Shown here: positions 30,025-40,061 of the stretch, one piece after another
Layout: each line of letters starts with the position of its first letter
Numbering within the stretch: position 1 is the first letter of the stretch
Origin: Thermoproteota archaeon
GTDB lineage: Archaea; Thermoproteota; EX4484-205; JAAOZP01
Reading direction: 5' to 3'
Assembly (NCBI GenBank): GCA_049700215.1
Contig: JBNAVT010000006.1
Coordinates: 1-64,000 of the forward strand
DNA length: 64,000 nucleotides
Notes under the pieces: generated by a model
Told to the model about the DNA's origin: nothing
Databases searched by the model: none
Seen by the model: only the letters and a program-made list of their open reading frames with translations
Translations under genes and position numbers: made by a program

Positions 30025-30648
30025 CTATTTTTGAGAACTGATTTCCCTTAAGATCTTATCCTTAATCTTTCTGACTTCCCTGAGGTTTTTTATGCCGAGA
30101 TACTCGAACTCGATCCTAGCAGACCTTATGATCTCCAACAGCCTTCTTTCATACTCCTCAACTCTAAACTTTCTAACCAACTGTTTATAATGTTTCCAAC
30201 TCACCTTACCGCTTTTAGCTAGGCAGATTATGTCCACTCTGTCTTTCTGCCCCTTTACGCTGTTCCTTCTTTGCAGCTCAGCCTGCTGCTTCAATATTAG
30301 CAGTATCTCAGGCTTGGGAATCCTAAAATTTTCGATTCTAACCGTGTTTTGGAGGATCTCCTCTGGTGGAATAGTGAATTCCGAATAATATGGAACATAA
30401 ATGTCTATAGATACTCCCTCCACTTCAGCCTGGTATTTTTTCAGAGACTCGTTCTTTTGAATTCCGATGCTTGTTTTAAGCCTGGTTAAATCCTTGAAAT
30501 CAACTATGATGTCTACATCCTTGGATTTTATGGCTTTCGTCAAAAAGTAGACGGCCCATCCGCCTATCAAAACGAAATCGATTTCCCTCCTTAGCTCCTG
30601 CAGTATTTTGAAGCTTCTGTCTATTGCTATCTCATTCCAGAACTCCAT
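30025..30648 (-). CDS. Nucleotidyltransferase, AbiEii/MenT-like (type IV TA toxin candidate)
   Basis: LIGGWAV...SKDVDI and a C-terminal KGQKDRVD motif. Confidence 0.7.
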   Translation of the reverse strand: MEFWNEIAIDRSFKILQELRREIDFVLIGGWAVYFLTKAIKSKDVDIIVDFKDLTRLKTSIGIQKNESLKKYQAEVEGVSIDIYVPYYSEFTIPPEEILQNTVRIENFRIPKPEILLILKQQAELQRRNSVKGQKDRVDIICLAKSGKVSWKHYKQLVRKFRVEEYERRLLEIIRSARIEFEYLGIKNLREVRKIKDKILREISSQK

Positions 30649-31219
30649 CTATAATCTCCTCTATTTCCCTAAGAAAATCCTTAGCATACCAAGACCTCAG
30701 GTTCCACAGGTCGACAAAGATCTGAGCAATTGGAGCAATCTTAAACCTCAATAGATGCTCATCAAGATTTAAAACTATCAGGTTCGGCTTTAACCGCGTG
30801 TTCTCTTTCCCAAATCTTCTTTCAAAATCACGCGCCACACCATAGACAACGACCTCACTGTACTCCGAGGGAACTCTTTTAAACCTGAATTTGAAAGCCG
30901 AGTACGCGGTGAAAACAGAATTCGCAGGAACCTCGCTTTCGATTCTATCAACAGGCTCCTCAACATAGGTTTGATAAACAATCTCTTTCTCCAACCCTCT
31001 GACAGACGCCCAATAAAGCAAGATCTTCTTCGGATCCAGCACGGTAAAGCCAAGCCTCTTTTTCTCCAGAGCGTTCATTCGTTCCAACGGTCTTAGAGCA
31101 TAGTTTACAGTGCTCAAGGACAGTTTACAGACCCTGCTAAGCTCAAGCTGCTTGAAGACTCTGTTTCTTTCTTCAAGCACGCCATACAGGATTTCCCTAT
31201 AAACACGTTCCTTTTTCAT
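30632..31219 (-). CDS. Winged-HTH protein, AbiEi-like antitoxin candidate
   Basis: N-terminal HTH (QLELSRVCKLSLSTVN), TAYSA and QIFVDLWN; overlaps the NTase start. Confidence 0.7.
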   Translation of the reverse strand: MKKERVYREILYGVLEERNRVFKQLELSRVCKLSLSTVNYALRPLERMNALEKKRLGFTVLDPKKILLYWASVRGLEKEIVYQTYVEEPVDRIESEVPANSVFTAYSAFKFRFKRVPSEYSEVVVYGVARDFERRFGKENTRLKPNLIVLNLDEHLLRFKIAPIAQIFVDLWNLRSWYAKDFLREIEEIIDGVLE

Positions 31220-31709
31220 ATTTCTGTTCTAAATGTATTTTCTTTATAAAGCTTTCGACAAAATTCGAAAATACTATGGAAACATTATTTTAAACGACAA
31301 GGAGCGCGCGCTAGAGTTATTTTAGTTACGTATGCTTCTGAAGCTGCTGACGAACCGGTTCTCAGGAAGGCAGTGGGAAAATTCGGATTATCGCCTAGCC
31401 TACTTAAAAGACTCGTTTCTACGACTTTTTTACGATGTTATTTTCACTCAGAAGACTGCTAGGCAGAAGATCTTCCTGCCTCTCAAACACATCGCGGCGA
31501 AAACTGTTTATCGACTTGAATAAACTGCTTGTAAAACATTCCTCCTATGAACCCCCGCGCGCTGAAGGAAGCTCTTGGTACGGTTGAGGGCGAACCCACG
31601 GTAATCCTTTAAGTTTCGTCGATCCCGGGGAAAAGACCCGAGATGCAGGGTGGACAAATACATGATTTTCATAACCTTAAAAAGGCAGCGCGCACGGCAC
31701 TAATTAAAA

Positions 31710-33482
31710 ATGAAAGAGAAAATTGGCGTACGTGCTCTAATTTTAGTAGCTGTAATACAGCTTTCACTTTTCAGCTTTCTTGTCGCCTCAACGTTCGTGA
31801 GAGCAGCTAATGAAAACTATTCATATCCAAAGATAGTACCTGAGCCAAAATTTTTGAACTTCAGTGGAAGGTGGTTTCAGTTTAACGGGTTTAGCAATTT
31901 TCCTAGCTTTTTGGGAGAAGCCTTTAACGTTGCAAGAGGGAGCTGGAAGATCGTTAATACAACTCTACCAGGCTCGTTTACGAGTTATGTGAGAGTAAAA
32001 AACGGAATGGTTGAAGTTTCAGGAGACTTTAATGTTGCCTATGCTTCTATTCTACAATTAATAAGGCAAAGACTCGGCTACCTACCGGAAATTGAAATTG
32101 GCGAGTTTCTTAACTTTCAGTTTAGAGGCTTCCACTTAGATGTAGCAAGGGGAGGGGTTCCGAAAGTTGAGGCTTTCAAAGATCTTTTAAGATTTCTTTT
32201 CCTGCTTAAGTATAACTGCTTGGGGATTTATCTTGAAGACCTTTTTCCATGGGAAAACTACCCTGAGATAGGTGCGGGCAGAGGTAAATTTACGAGAGAA
32301 GAGCTCTTAGAAATCATTAGCTATGGGGAAAAGCTTGGAATTGATGTTTTCCCCTCGCTTGAACTTTCAGGACATATGAATAACATACTTTCCATTCCAA
32401 GCCTTTCAAAGTATAGCTTAAACGGCAACACTTTTCAACTGGACCTTAGCAGCAAAGAAGCAAGAAACCTTGGTTACAGTCTTTTAAACGAGGTGATTAA
32501 TTTTTGGCCTTCTAGTTACGTTCACATTGGAGGCGATGAGAACCAGCTTAGCGGTGTCAGCGATGCGCCGAAGCTTTACGAAGGCTATTATGAGCACCTC
32601 ATCGAGATTGTTAAAAGTAAAGGGAAAAAACCAATAATGTGGGGCGATGTCTTACTTTGGACGTGGCCCAGCCTTATCGACAATGCAACTTGGAAAAACG
32701 TTGTTATTGCTAACTGGGACTATGGCACCGCTTCGAAGGAACACTTTGCAGGCAACATTCGATTTTTCAAAGAGAGAAACATAACTCAAATAATCTCTCC
32801 AGCCCTCTGGAACTGGAACGCATTTTACCCCTCATTCGATGCTGCTCTTATGAACCTAGATTCATCGTTAACTGCCGCCAGAGAAGAAAAGATCCCCGGG
32901 TTTCTGATAACTGCTTGGGGAGATGATGGGTGTGAGTGCTTACTCTCTTACCTCCATCCCTTAATACTAGTATCAATGGAGATTGCTGAAGGCAAAGGCA
33001 ATTGGGATAAAATTTGGTTGGACAAGTGGATTGCGTTAACAGGGGAAAGCAAAGAAGTTGCAGAAGTAAGAATAAGGCTGGGAAGCGCAATAATTTTTAG
33101 AAACTTAAAGCCCCTTCTCTTTAAGGGCAATACCTTTGACAGCGAAGCGATTTCCCGTATGAAGAGTATTTTAGATAACATAAGCAGGGTTGATTTACCT
33201 GATGATTTATCCTTCATTAGAGCTATTTTAGGCGCAGCCATTAAGAGGAGCGAGGGGAAACTAACTCGAGAAGATATTTCAAACTTAGAAAAGGTATACA
33301 TGAGTCTTTGGCTGAAAGAAAGAAAGCCAGATGGCTTAGACTATAACTTGCAGAAGTTCCAAAACGCGGCTGAGCAGATAAGATTGGAAAACCTACGTCA
33401 AACAACAGTTTTGATTTCTATATTTATGATAGTAGTGATTGCTCTTGCAATTGGATTAAAGTTGTTTTATTCAAGGCGGTAG
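31710..33482 (+). CDS. Membrane-anchored GH20 beta-N-acetylhexosaminidase
   Basis: FRGFHLDVARG, HIGGDE catalytic motif, TAWGDDG; N-terminal signal and C-terminal TM helix. Confidence 0.9.
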   Translation: MKEKIGVRALILVAVIQLSLFSFLVASTFVRAANENYSYPKIVPEPKFLNFSGRWFQFNGFSNFPSFLGEAFNVARGSWKIVNTTLPGSFTSYVRVKNGMVEVSGDFNVAYASILQLIRQRLGYLPEIEIGEFLNFQFRGFHLDVARGGVPKVEAFKDLLRFLFLLKYNCLGIYLEDLFPWENYPEIGAGRGKFTREELLEIISYGEKLGIDVFPSLELSGHMNNILSIPSLSKYSLNGNTFQLDLSSKEARNLGYSLLNEVINFWPSSYVHIGGDENQLSGVSDAPKLYEGYYEHLIEIVKSKGKKPIMWGDVLLWTWPSLIDNATWKNVVIANWDYGTASKEHFAGNIRFFKERNITQIISPALWNWNAFYPSFDAALMNLDSSLTAAREEKIPGFLITAWGDDGCECLLSYLHPLILVSMEIAEGKGNWDKIWLDKWIALTGESKEVAEVRIRLGSAIIFRNLKPLLFKGNTFDSEAISRMKSILDNISRVDLPDDLSFIRAILGAAIKRSEGKLTREDISNLEKVYMSLWLKERKPDGLDYNLQKFQNAAEQIRLENLRQTTVLISIFMIVVIALAIGLKLFYSRR

Positions 33483-33827
33483 CCTAGTTAACAGTAGCCC
33501 GCGCTAGGATTAAGTTAATCTCACCGTCTAAAAATGATTCGTCGACCTTGCCAATAGATTATGATCAACATAAAGGAGCTCCCTGTGTCTAGAAGACAGT
33601 TCGAGAATGAAGCTCGGCATCTGGAATGGGCAAAGGGGACGCTGCTTAAGCAAGATTGTTGGAGGCGTTGACAACTGGGATGACGTGAGGCTGAACCCCT
33701 ACAAGCTTGCAAACCCTCGTAGAGAAGGCTTTGTAGGAAGAGACTTAATGTTAAAACTACTATTCAGAATAACTTTAGACCCAAGCTTAAAGAAGTCGAG
33801 ATGGCAGCTCATTTAACCTTTTAATTC

Positions 33828-34685
33828 TCACGCAACTGTCTTCTGCGCGCACTCATGCTCCGTGTTAATAGTTTTCGCAACTAGGTTCAACTCTGTCCAG
33901 GGACTGAACTGTTGTCTCGTAGCCAGGTTCCCATATGTTGCGACGGTTTCCCAACCTGCTTCCCTCAGCATTGATGCGAGCTCGCTTACGCTATAGACGT
34001 ATATGTCGAACACGATTCTGTCGATAAACCTCAGGTCGTCACCATTCTTCACATAGAAAGACCACGTGGTTCTAAGCCTAGAGGTGAGCGCATCCCATCT
34101 CGCTTCCTCAACTAGAACAATATCCTCATGAAGCGTGAATGATGAAGGGCAGAATCTCAGGTTTAGGGAATCCCTATGGACTGTCTCAGCTATGAACAGT
34201 ACCCCCCCTTCTCTTGTTAACCGTCTCGCCTGCTTGAAAACCGCGAGGTCTTCACTCTTATCGTAATAGCCTATTGATGTCCAGACGCTGGTTACTACGT
34301 CGAAACACGCATCCCTAGGCACAAGGCTGAGGAGTCTCCGCGCATCACCGCATATGAAGCTGGCCCTCTTGGAGACACCTAGCTCCCTCGCCCTCTCTCT
34401 AGCGTCTTCAATAAAAACGGGAGAAAAGTCTATGCCTACGGCTCTGAAACCTTTTTTAGCGAAGGATATTGCAACCCTCCCGTTTCCGCAGCAAAGATCC
34501 AGGATCCTCCCGCTTTCGATGTTGAAATCCTTAAGCAGCCTTATCATTCCGTCGACGAGAGCCTCTGTTTTAAGCCATCTCTCGTTCATAATTTTAAGAA
34601 AAAGATCGGCTCGCTCTATGAAAATTCTCCTAGTCCAGTCTTCCATGATTACTGGGGGAAAAACGCCTTCTGATTTAAAAAACAT
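33828..34685 (-). CDS. Class I SAM-dependent methyltransferase
   Basis: ILDLCCGNGR, GDAR, WTSIGYY. Confidence 0.9.
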   Translation of the reverse strand: MFFKSEGVFPPVIMEDWTRRIFIERADLFLKIMNERWLKTEALVDGMIRLLKDFNIESGRILDLCCGNGRVAISFAKKGFRAVGIDFSPVFIEDARERARELGVSKRASFICGDARRLLSLVPRDACFDVVTSVWTSIGYYDKSEDLAVFKQARRLTREGGVLFIAETVHRDSLNLRFCPSSFTLHEDIVLVEEARWDALTSRLRTTWSFYVKNGDDLRFIDRIVFDIYVYSVSELASMLREAGWETVATYGNLATRQQFSPWTELNLVAKTINTEHECAQKTVA

Positions 34686-34836
34686 TTATTGAGGATTTGT
34701 TAGCACGCTGAACGCGATGCTTCTGCAGATGCGGCAGGCTGCTCGCCATATTTGCGGAAGCATGTTTAACATCGCGGTAAGGGCTGAAAAAGAGTATTCC
34801 GATCGGGTTTGCAAGGGGAAACTCTTAAATAAGGTT

Positions 34837-35535
34837 TCAAACGGTTGGAGGTGGAGGCGGGGGTGGGGGGAGCAGGGTTTTCTCAACAGCGTCTGAGTAG
34901 AAGAGTGTTGCAGCCCTGACTAGAAAGGTTGCGAGCAGGGGTGATGCGACTAAGGCTATGAGCCAGCCGATCAGCGGCACTGTGCCTACTAGGCCCACTA
35001 TGAATGCTATGATGGCTGCCACAACCACCCAGATAACATGGTTGGCGAAGCCAACGCTGTTTATCACCGCCATTATCTGTTGAAAGGAAAACCCTTTAGC
35101 TATTTCCCCAGTCTTAGCGGTGAGAAGGACGCCTATTACCCCAAATATTCCTACGCATATGCCGGCTAGGAGTGCTATTAGTATGGCGATGATTAACGTG
35201 GCCCCGAGTCGGGCGAAACTAAGCCCGCCGCCGATCCAGTACCAAGGCACGGTTAAGGCAAACGCTGCCACCAGTATTATTATCGGCACTAATGCCCATA
35301 ATAGTACTACAACGAATATCTTTAACCCGTCCCCAAAGAGTTCTCCGAAGTTCTCGAACTTCGGCGGCTCATCCTTGGCGGGTCCCTCCTTAAAAATCTT
35401 GACGCAATAGCCCAGGAAGATGAAGTTGACTATCGGAATTATGTTCACTATTATCATTACTATGAACTCCGCTCCTCTTGACAACAGCTTCGAAACGTAG
35501 TCAACAGACTTAGAGAAACTCTCGAATATCTCCAA
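34837..35535 (-). CDS. DUF4013 family membrane protein with C-terminal polyproline
   Basis: IIPIVNFIFLGY, PPKFENFGELFGDGLK. Confidence 0.8.
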   Translation of the reverse strand: MEIFESFSKSVDYVSKLLSRGAEFIVMIIVNIIPIVNFIFLGYCVKIFKEGPAKDEPPKFENFGELFGDGLKIFVVVLLWALVPIIILVAAFALTVPWYWIGGGLSFARLGATLIIAILIALLAGICVGIFGVIGVLLTAKTGEIAKGFSFQQIMAVINSVGFANHVIWVVVAAIIAFIVGLVGTVPLIGWLIALVASPLLATFLVRAATLFYSDAVEKTLLPPPPPPPPTV

Positions 35536-35914
35536 CTTTCACCAGCATTTATTTACGATTGTATTATTTAAGCTTTAATAGTAGCATGCTGTTTATTTCT
35601 CCCGCTATCAATAACGGGAGGCTTCCTCCCGCTCATGATTCGCATGGTTTTCTCAATGGGCTTCGACAAGCTGGTGGTGCAAAAGCGTGGAAGGGTTCTT
35701 GAGAAGAATGTTTTTCACGGTTTCCGCAGTAGGAGGGTTGTTCGGATTCCTCCTGAGGATGCTCCTCCCCGCCATAAGACTAGGAAAACTTATTTCTGTC
35801 TTCCGTCATACGGTGCCATCGCATTAACGCTTTTACCCTCGTTGTTTCAGCCGGCTTCTGATTTTCATAAGGTTAATAAAGCAATATTTGTAAAAACTGG
35901 TTGAGTGTCCGGGC

Positions 35915-36145
35915 TTGAGCAGTGATAAGGCTGGCTTCGTGCTCGTGGTTTTTCTCGCAATATTATTCATCGGGATTATTTGGCCGATCGTGCAAACACT
36001 CGGAGATTCTGTCTCCTCTGCTGCTAATAATCATTGGGCTGACTGGAATCATTATTTTTTTACCTTTACAGGAGAATCACGGGTGATTAACAATTCGCGC
36101 GTTTACTGGTTGCGTACGACAGGGCTGTGCACTACTATCACTTGA
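35915..36145 (+). CDS. Small protein with an N-terminal hydrophobic helix (pilin-like or truncated secreted protein)
   Basis: MSSDKAG followed by about 20 hydrophobic residues. Confidence 0.35.
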   Translation: MSSDKAGFVLVVFLAILFIGIIWPIVQTLGDSVSSAANNHWADWNHYFFTFTGESRVINNSRVYWLRTTGLCTTIT

Positions 36146-36201
36146 AAACTAGCGGCGTGATGCTTGTTTTTCAACCTTACTCGTGGGTCTCGTAAGCAAT
36201 T

Positions 36202-36231
36202 ATGGGAAAATAATGGGAGTAAGCTTTATAT
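36202..36231 (+). promoter_or_regulatory. Promoter with tandem ATGGGA repeats and TATA (TTTATAT)
   Basis: AATGGGAGTAAGCTTTATAT is identical at 36212-36231 and 40466-40485, at the same distance from both start codons. Confidence 0.7.
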
Positions 36232-36253
36232 TTACAGATGAGAATTATTTTCT

Positions 36254-36442
36254 GCGTGAAAAGGTGAAAGAAGGTTGGGAGAATCAGTCCCAAAGGAAAG
36301 AGTTAAGCCTTCTGGCCTGAAAACATGGATCATAATCTCAGCAATACTAATACCCCCAGTAGGATACTTCCTAAACCTGGTTATGCAGGGCTTCGGAGCC
36401 TGGTGGAACTACCCGTTAATATTCCCGTTGCCATTCTTCTGG
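36254..36442 (+). repeat. 189-bp exact direct repeat, copy 1 (copy 2 at 40508-40696)
   Basis: Base-by-base identity over 21 nt of leader and the first 56 codons; offset 4254. Confidence 0.92.
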
Positions 36443-38284
36443 CACATCGTAACATTCTACTTGCTGTCCAAGGTTTCTAAAAGTTTCAGGCTCTCTCCGC
36501 AGGAGCTAACCCTGTTCTTCGTAATCTGTTTCATAACTGCAGGTGGAATGTATGCCGCGTACGGGTTTGGTTATTGGACCACCTGCCCGCTTCCACACTG
36601 GAATATTGGCTTCGCTACCTCAGGATTAAACAGTGAGGCTTACCAAAGCGTCTTCTACGAGAAAGTTCCTCCCTTCATTGTTCCTAAAGACCCTGTGGTG
36701 ATGCGTGCCTTCTGGTATGGCGGAGCCTTCGACCTGGGTCCATGGCTGGTTCCAGCCCTATTCTGGATAGTCTGGGGAATAGGAGAGTTCATAGGAATGG
36801 CGATATGGGGCTACTTCCTGAGAAAACCTTTAGTAGAAACCGAGAAACTACCCTTCCCAGGCATAGCTCCTCACACATACCTTGTGAAATATTATATAGA
36901 AGAGGAGGAGGGCACTCCGATTCTTTTCAACTTTAGACTCAGGTTGACGAAGCTTTTCTGGATTGGCTTCGTAATAGGAATGCTTCTGGCGATTCCAGGT
37001 CAGGTGATAAACTTCTGGCCGCTGGCGTTCGGAGGCAACGCGCTTACTAACTGGCCGGTAAACCTCCTAAGCATAACTGAGGGCCCATTACCCGGGGCCT
37101 TGACCTCCGGCAACCTTTACGTTACTGATGTTTTTGTAGCACAGTTCATACCTCTGGACGCACTAGTTACGGCGGTTCTCTACTGGTTTGTCTTCGGCGT
37201 AATCTATCAAACTTTGGCGGTTAGAACCGGTTTGGCTCCATTCACGCCCGGAGCGGGCAACGAGGACCAATATCCTTGGAGCCTGGGGCCGTTTAAATGG
37301 ATGCAGTTTTCCTGGATAGGACTCTCCTTAGGCTTGGCTGCCACCGTCGTAGTTAGATATAGGAGTCACATTCTTGAGATCTTCAAGAAGGGGTTGAGGG
37401 GTGAAAAGGCTGAGGACGATGGGGTTTCCTACAGACTCCTCGCCTGGGGAGCCTTAGGCACGTACCTGCTTCAGGTTGTCCTGTTCGCCGTTACGGGTTC
37501 GCCGATAATCATGGCTATAATCATACCCCTGTTCTTCATATTCTACATGTTCGGATGGACGAGGATGATGGGTGAGGTTGAAGAGTTCATGCCGAGCGTA
37601 GATACTTATTCATACCTAGTGTTTGACGCTGGCACTTTCCTAGGGCAGTGGGGCCCGAGGCCATCTCCAGGAGCTTTCAACACGATACTGATGTACTACA
37701 GCTATGGCACAGGGGTTAGAATGAGCTCCATGGCGATGCACCACGGATTCAAATCCTACAAGATGGCTTACGAGACCAACACTTCAGGAAAGGAAGTTCT
37801 CTACATCACCATAATATCGCTGCTCTCAACACTCGTCGCGGTCTACTTCATATGGCCATGGTTCATGACGAGCTTCGGAGGATACTCGAGGATCAACTCG
37901 ATAAGCTACAACGACTGGAGCCTCCCAGGGATATATAACTGGACATACGGAACTCCTCCTGCCCTAACCGTGGAAGAAACCTGGGGCTATGCCATACTCG
38001 GAATAATCGTCACACCAATAATCTACTTCTTAAGAGCCAGGTTCACATGGTTCTTCATAAACCCAATAGGCATGCTGATGCTTCCAAACGGATGGTGGCC
38101 AACCTGGCTAGTAGCCTTCGTCATAAAGTACGCGGTCCTCAAGTTCGGCGGCTCCAGAGTGTTCGAGGAAAGATGGCTGCCAATGGCAACGGGAGTCTGC
38201 ATAGGCTTCGGCGGTTTAGTGCTCTTCGGCTCCTTGATAACTTTCTTCGGCACAGCTTTGCCTGCGTGGTTAGCTAGGTTCTAG
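36275..38284 (+). CDS. OPT-superfamily / DUF6785-like polytopic transporter, paralogue 1
   Basis: 669 aa, many TM helices, LSPQEL, ETEKLPFP, WFFINPIG, KYAVLKFGG motifs. Confidence 0.78.
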   Translation: MGESVPKERVKPSGLKTWIIISAILIPPVGYFLNLVMQGFGAWWNYPLIFPLPFFWHIVTFYLLSKVSKSFRLSPQELTLFFVICFITAGGMYAAYGFGYWTTCPLPHWNIGFATSGLNSEAYQSVFYEKVPPFIVPKDPVVMRAFWYGGAFDLGPWLVPALFWIVWGIGEFIGMAIWGYFLRKPLVETEKLPFPGIAPHTYLVKYYIEEEEGTPILFNFRLRLTKLFWIGFVIGMLLAIPGQVINFWPLAFGGNALTNWPVNLLSITEGPLPGALTSGNLYVTDVFVAQFIPLDALVTAVLYWFVFGVIYQTLAVRTGLAPFTPGAGNEDQYPWSLGPFKWMQFSWIGLSLGLAATVVVRYRSHILEIFKKGLRGEKAEDDGVSYRLLAWGALGTYLLQVVLFAVTGSPIIMAIIIPLFFIFYMFGWTRMMGEVEEFMPSVDTYSYLVFDAGTFLGQWGPRPSPGAFNTILMYYSYGTGVRMSSMAMHHGFKSYKMAYETNTSGKEVLYITIISLLSTLVAVYFIWPWFMTSFGGYSRINSISYNDWSLPGIYNWTYGTPPALTVEETWGYAILGIIVTPIIYFLRARFTWFFINPIGMLMLPNGWWPTWLVAFVIKYAVLKFGGSRVFEERWLPMATGVCIGFGGLVLFGSLITFFGTALPAWLARF

Positions 38285-38296
38285 CCTAAAACAATC

Positions 38297-38304
38297 TTTT
38301 TTTT
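38297..38304 (+). terminator. Oligo-T archaeal terminator
   Basis: T8 run 12 nt after the stop codon. Confidence 0.5.
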
Positions 38305-38501
38305 AAAAAAATGCAACAAGCGTATACTAGGAATGGTTTTTGTTAAACCTTAGTGTGTAGCGCAATAGTTCTCGCGCTCTAGGATAACCGTGCCATGCAA
38401 TATGATGCAATTAGAGAGCGTTGAGGCATATCCTTATCTAATGCACTGGTGTGCGTATAAAAAGTAAGATTTATATTCCATGAAATTTTTTCTGGGGTGA
38501 A

Positions 38502-39527
38502 TTGAGTAACTTGGGTGTTGCTGTTATCGGTTGTGGAAATATAGGTCATGTTCACATTGACCGTTGGAAATCTGTAAGCGGTGCGGAGCTTTTAGTATGC
38601 GTGGATGTAGAAGTGGAGAGGGCTAGGCAACTGAGTGAAAAATATCATGTACCGAATTTTTACGGGAGTCTCGACCCGGTTTTGAGAGATGACTCCGTGG
38701 ACATATTAGACGTATGCACTCCGACTTACACGCATAAGGAGATCGTAGAAACTGCACTAGAATACGGGAAGAATGTTATAGTTGAAAAACCAATAGCGTT
38801 GAAACTTAAAGATGCTGAAAGCATGATTAACAAGGCTAGGAGTGCTGGAAGGAAGCTTATGGTTGCTCATGTTCTCAGATTCTGGGCTGAATACATGATG
38901 ACTAGGAGTTTTATAACTGGTGATGAGATTGGGACACCTGTTTTTGCTAAAGCCAGTCGGCTAATCGCTCATAATTTTTCCGTCTGGAAAGATTGGCATA
39001 ATGATCCTAATAAGGGAGGTGGTGTTTTTATAGACACCAGTATTCACGACCTTGACTTCTTCATATGGACTTTTGGGAACGCTGAAGAAATATTTGCTCA
39101 AGGCGGAACACTAGTGAGAAAGGCTGATTCGCATGACCATACCAGAGCCTTCGTCTCGTTTAAAAACAAGCTGGACGCTTATGTGGAAGGAAGTTGGATA
39201 ATGCCTGAGGGCTATCCTTTCAGCTATAGTCTGGAGGTTATCGGCACTAGAGGTTTGATTCGGATAGGTAGTGATAATCCTAAACAAATCGATATGTTCT
39301 TAACCGGAGGCTCGGTGAAAAGGCAGAAAATTGTTTTGGAAACCAAGGATCCCTACTTGCTTGAGCTCAATGCTTTTAAAGAATGTGTAAAACAGGACAA
39401 GCCTGTCCCTGTGTCCGGCGAAGATGGGAAAAAGGCATTAGAATTAGCTATAGCTGGAGTCATTTCTGTCCTAAGAAGGAAACCAGTTAGGCTACCTCTA
39501 GAAGAGGATTTTCCAGCACTTATATAG
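38502..39527 (+). CDS. Gfo/Idh/MocA family oxidoreductase
   Basis: VIGCGNIG, IVEKPIA, GGGVFIDTSIHDLD. Confidence 0.92.
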   Translation: MSNLGVAVIGCGNIGHVHIDRWKSVSGAELLVCVDVEVERARQLSEKYHVPNFYGSLDPVLRDDSVDILDVCTPTYTHKEIVETALEYGKNVIVEKPIALKLKDAESMINKARSAGRKLMVAHVLRFWAEYMMTRSFITGDEIGTPVFAKASRLIAHNFSVWKDWHNDPNKGGGVFIDTSIHDLDFFIWTFGNAEEIFAQGGTLVRKADSHDHTRAFVSFKNKLDAYVEGSWIMPEGYPFSYSLEVIGTRGLIRIGSDNPKQIDMFLTGGSVKRQKIVLETKDPYLLELNAFKECVKQDKPVPVSGEDGKKALELAIAGVISVLRRKPVRLPLEEDFPALI

Positions 39528-39547
39528 TCTCTAAAACGAGTATTTAG

Positions 39548-40060
39548 CTATATACTTTTCCTCCTGTACTCCTCAATCAGCTTTTCATCAATCGGGTAAA
39601 CACCGTGCTTCCTTGCCAGTTTCAACATTAGCAGGTAGTTCGACGGTTTCACAGCTGGATGAATACTGTTACTCGATGCTATGATGTGCCCTCCGCCTGG
39701 GGAGGCCTTTGCGATTGTTTCTTTTACTGCTTCTTCAACTTCCCACTAACTTCCGAAAGTAAGAACATAGGAGCAATCAACATTTCCAACAACAGCTATC
39801 CTTCTATCATATTTTTCCTTTACCTCTCCTATATCCATTCCAGCTATTGGCTCTAGTGGGTCAAGGGCGTCGATTCCAGAGTCTATGATCATACCTATGA
39901 TTGGCCAAAGGTTTCCGTCGGTATGTTTTATAAACGGTATTCCATGCCTCTTCACGGTTTGAACAGCTCTTCTTAAGTAGGGTAACACAAACTCTTCAAA
40001 CTGTTTCCCAGACATAAGCGGCGCCTTCCTGTTAGCATAGTCGTCTCCAGTCAACACCAC
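39548..40060 (-). pseudogene. C-terminal remnant of a uroporphyrinogen-decarboxylase/MtaA family protein
   Basis: GDDYA...HTDGNL...DPLEPIAGMD...GNVDC...FGS*WEVEEAVK...GGGHIIASSNSIH; 5' end cut at TAGCGCGCGCTA (40062-40073). Confidence 0.85.
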
Positions 40061-40061
40061 G

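Noticed and set aside
33607-33816. Short ORF between GH20 and the methyltransferase
   Set aside because: Looks like a frameshifted fragment with no family I can recognise, so it is not supportable as a gene.
34843-34870. G-rich run as a G-quadruplex or repeat element
   Set aside because: Explained by the polyproline tail codons of the DUF4013 protein on the minus strand.
39746-39748. In-frame TAG in the URO-D/MtaA-like gene as possible pyrrolysine
   Set aside because: The gene is already 5'-truncated, no pyl genes are in view, and this family is not a known Pyl carrier. A nonsense mutation is simpler.
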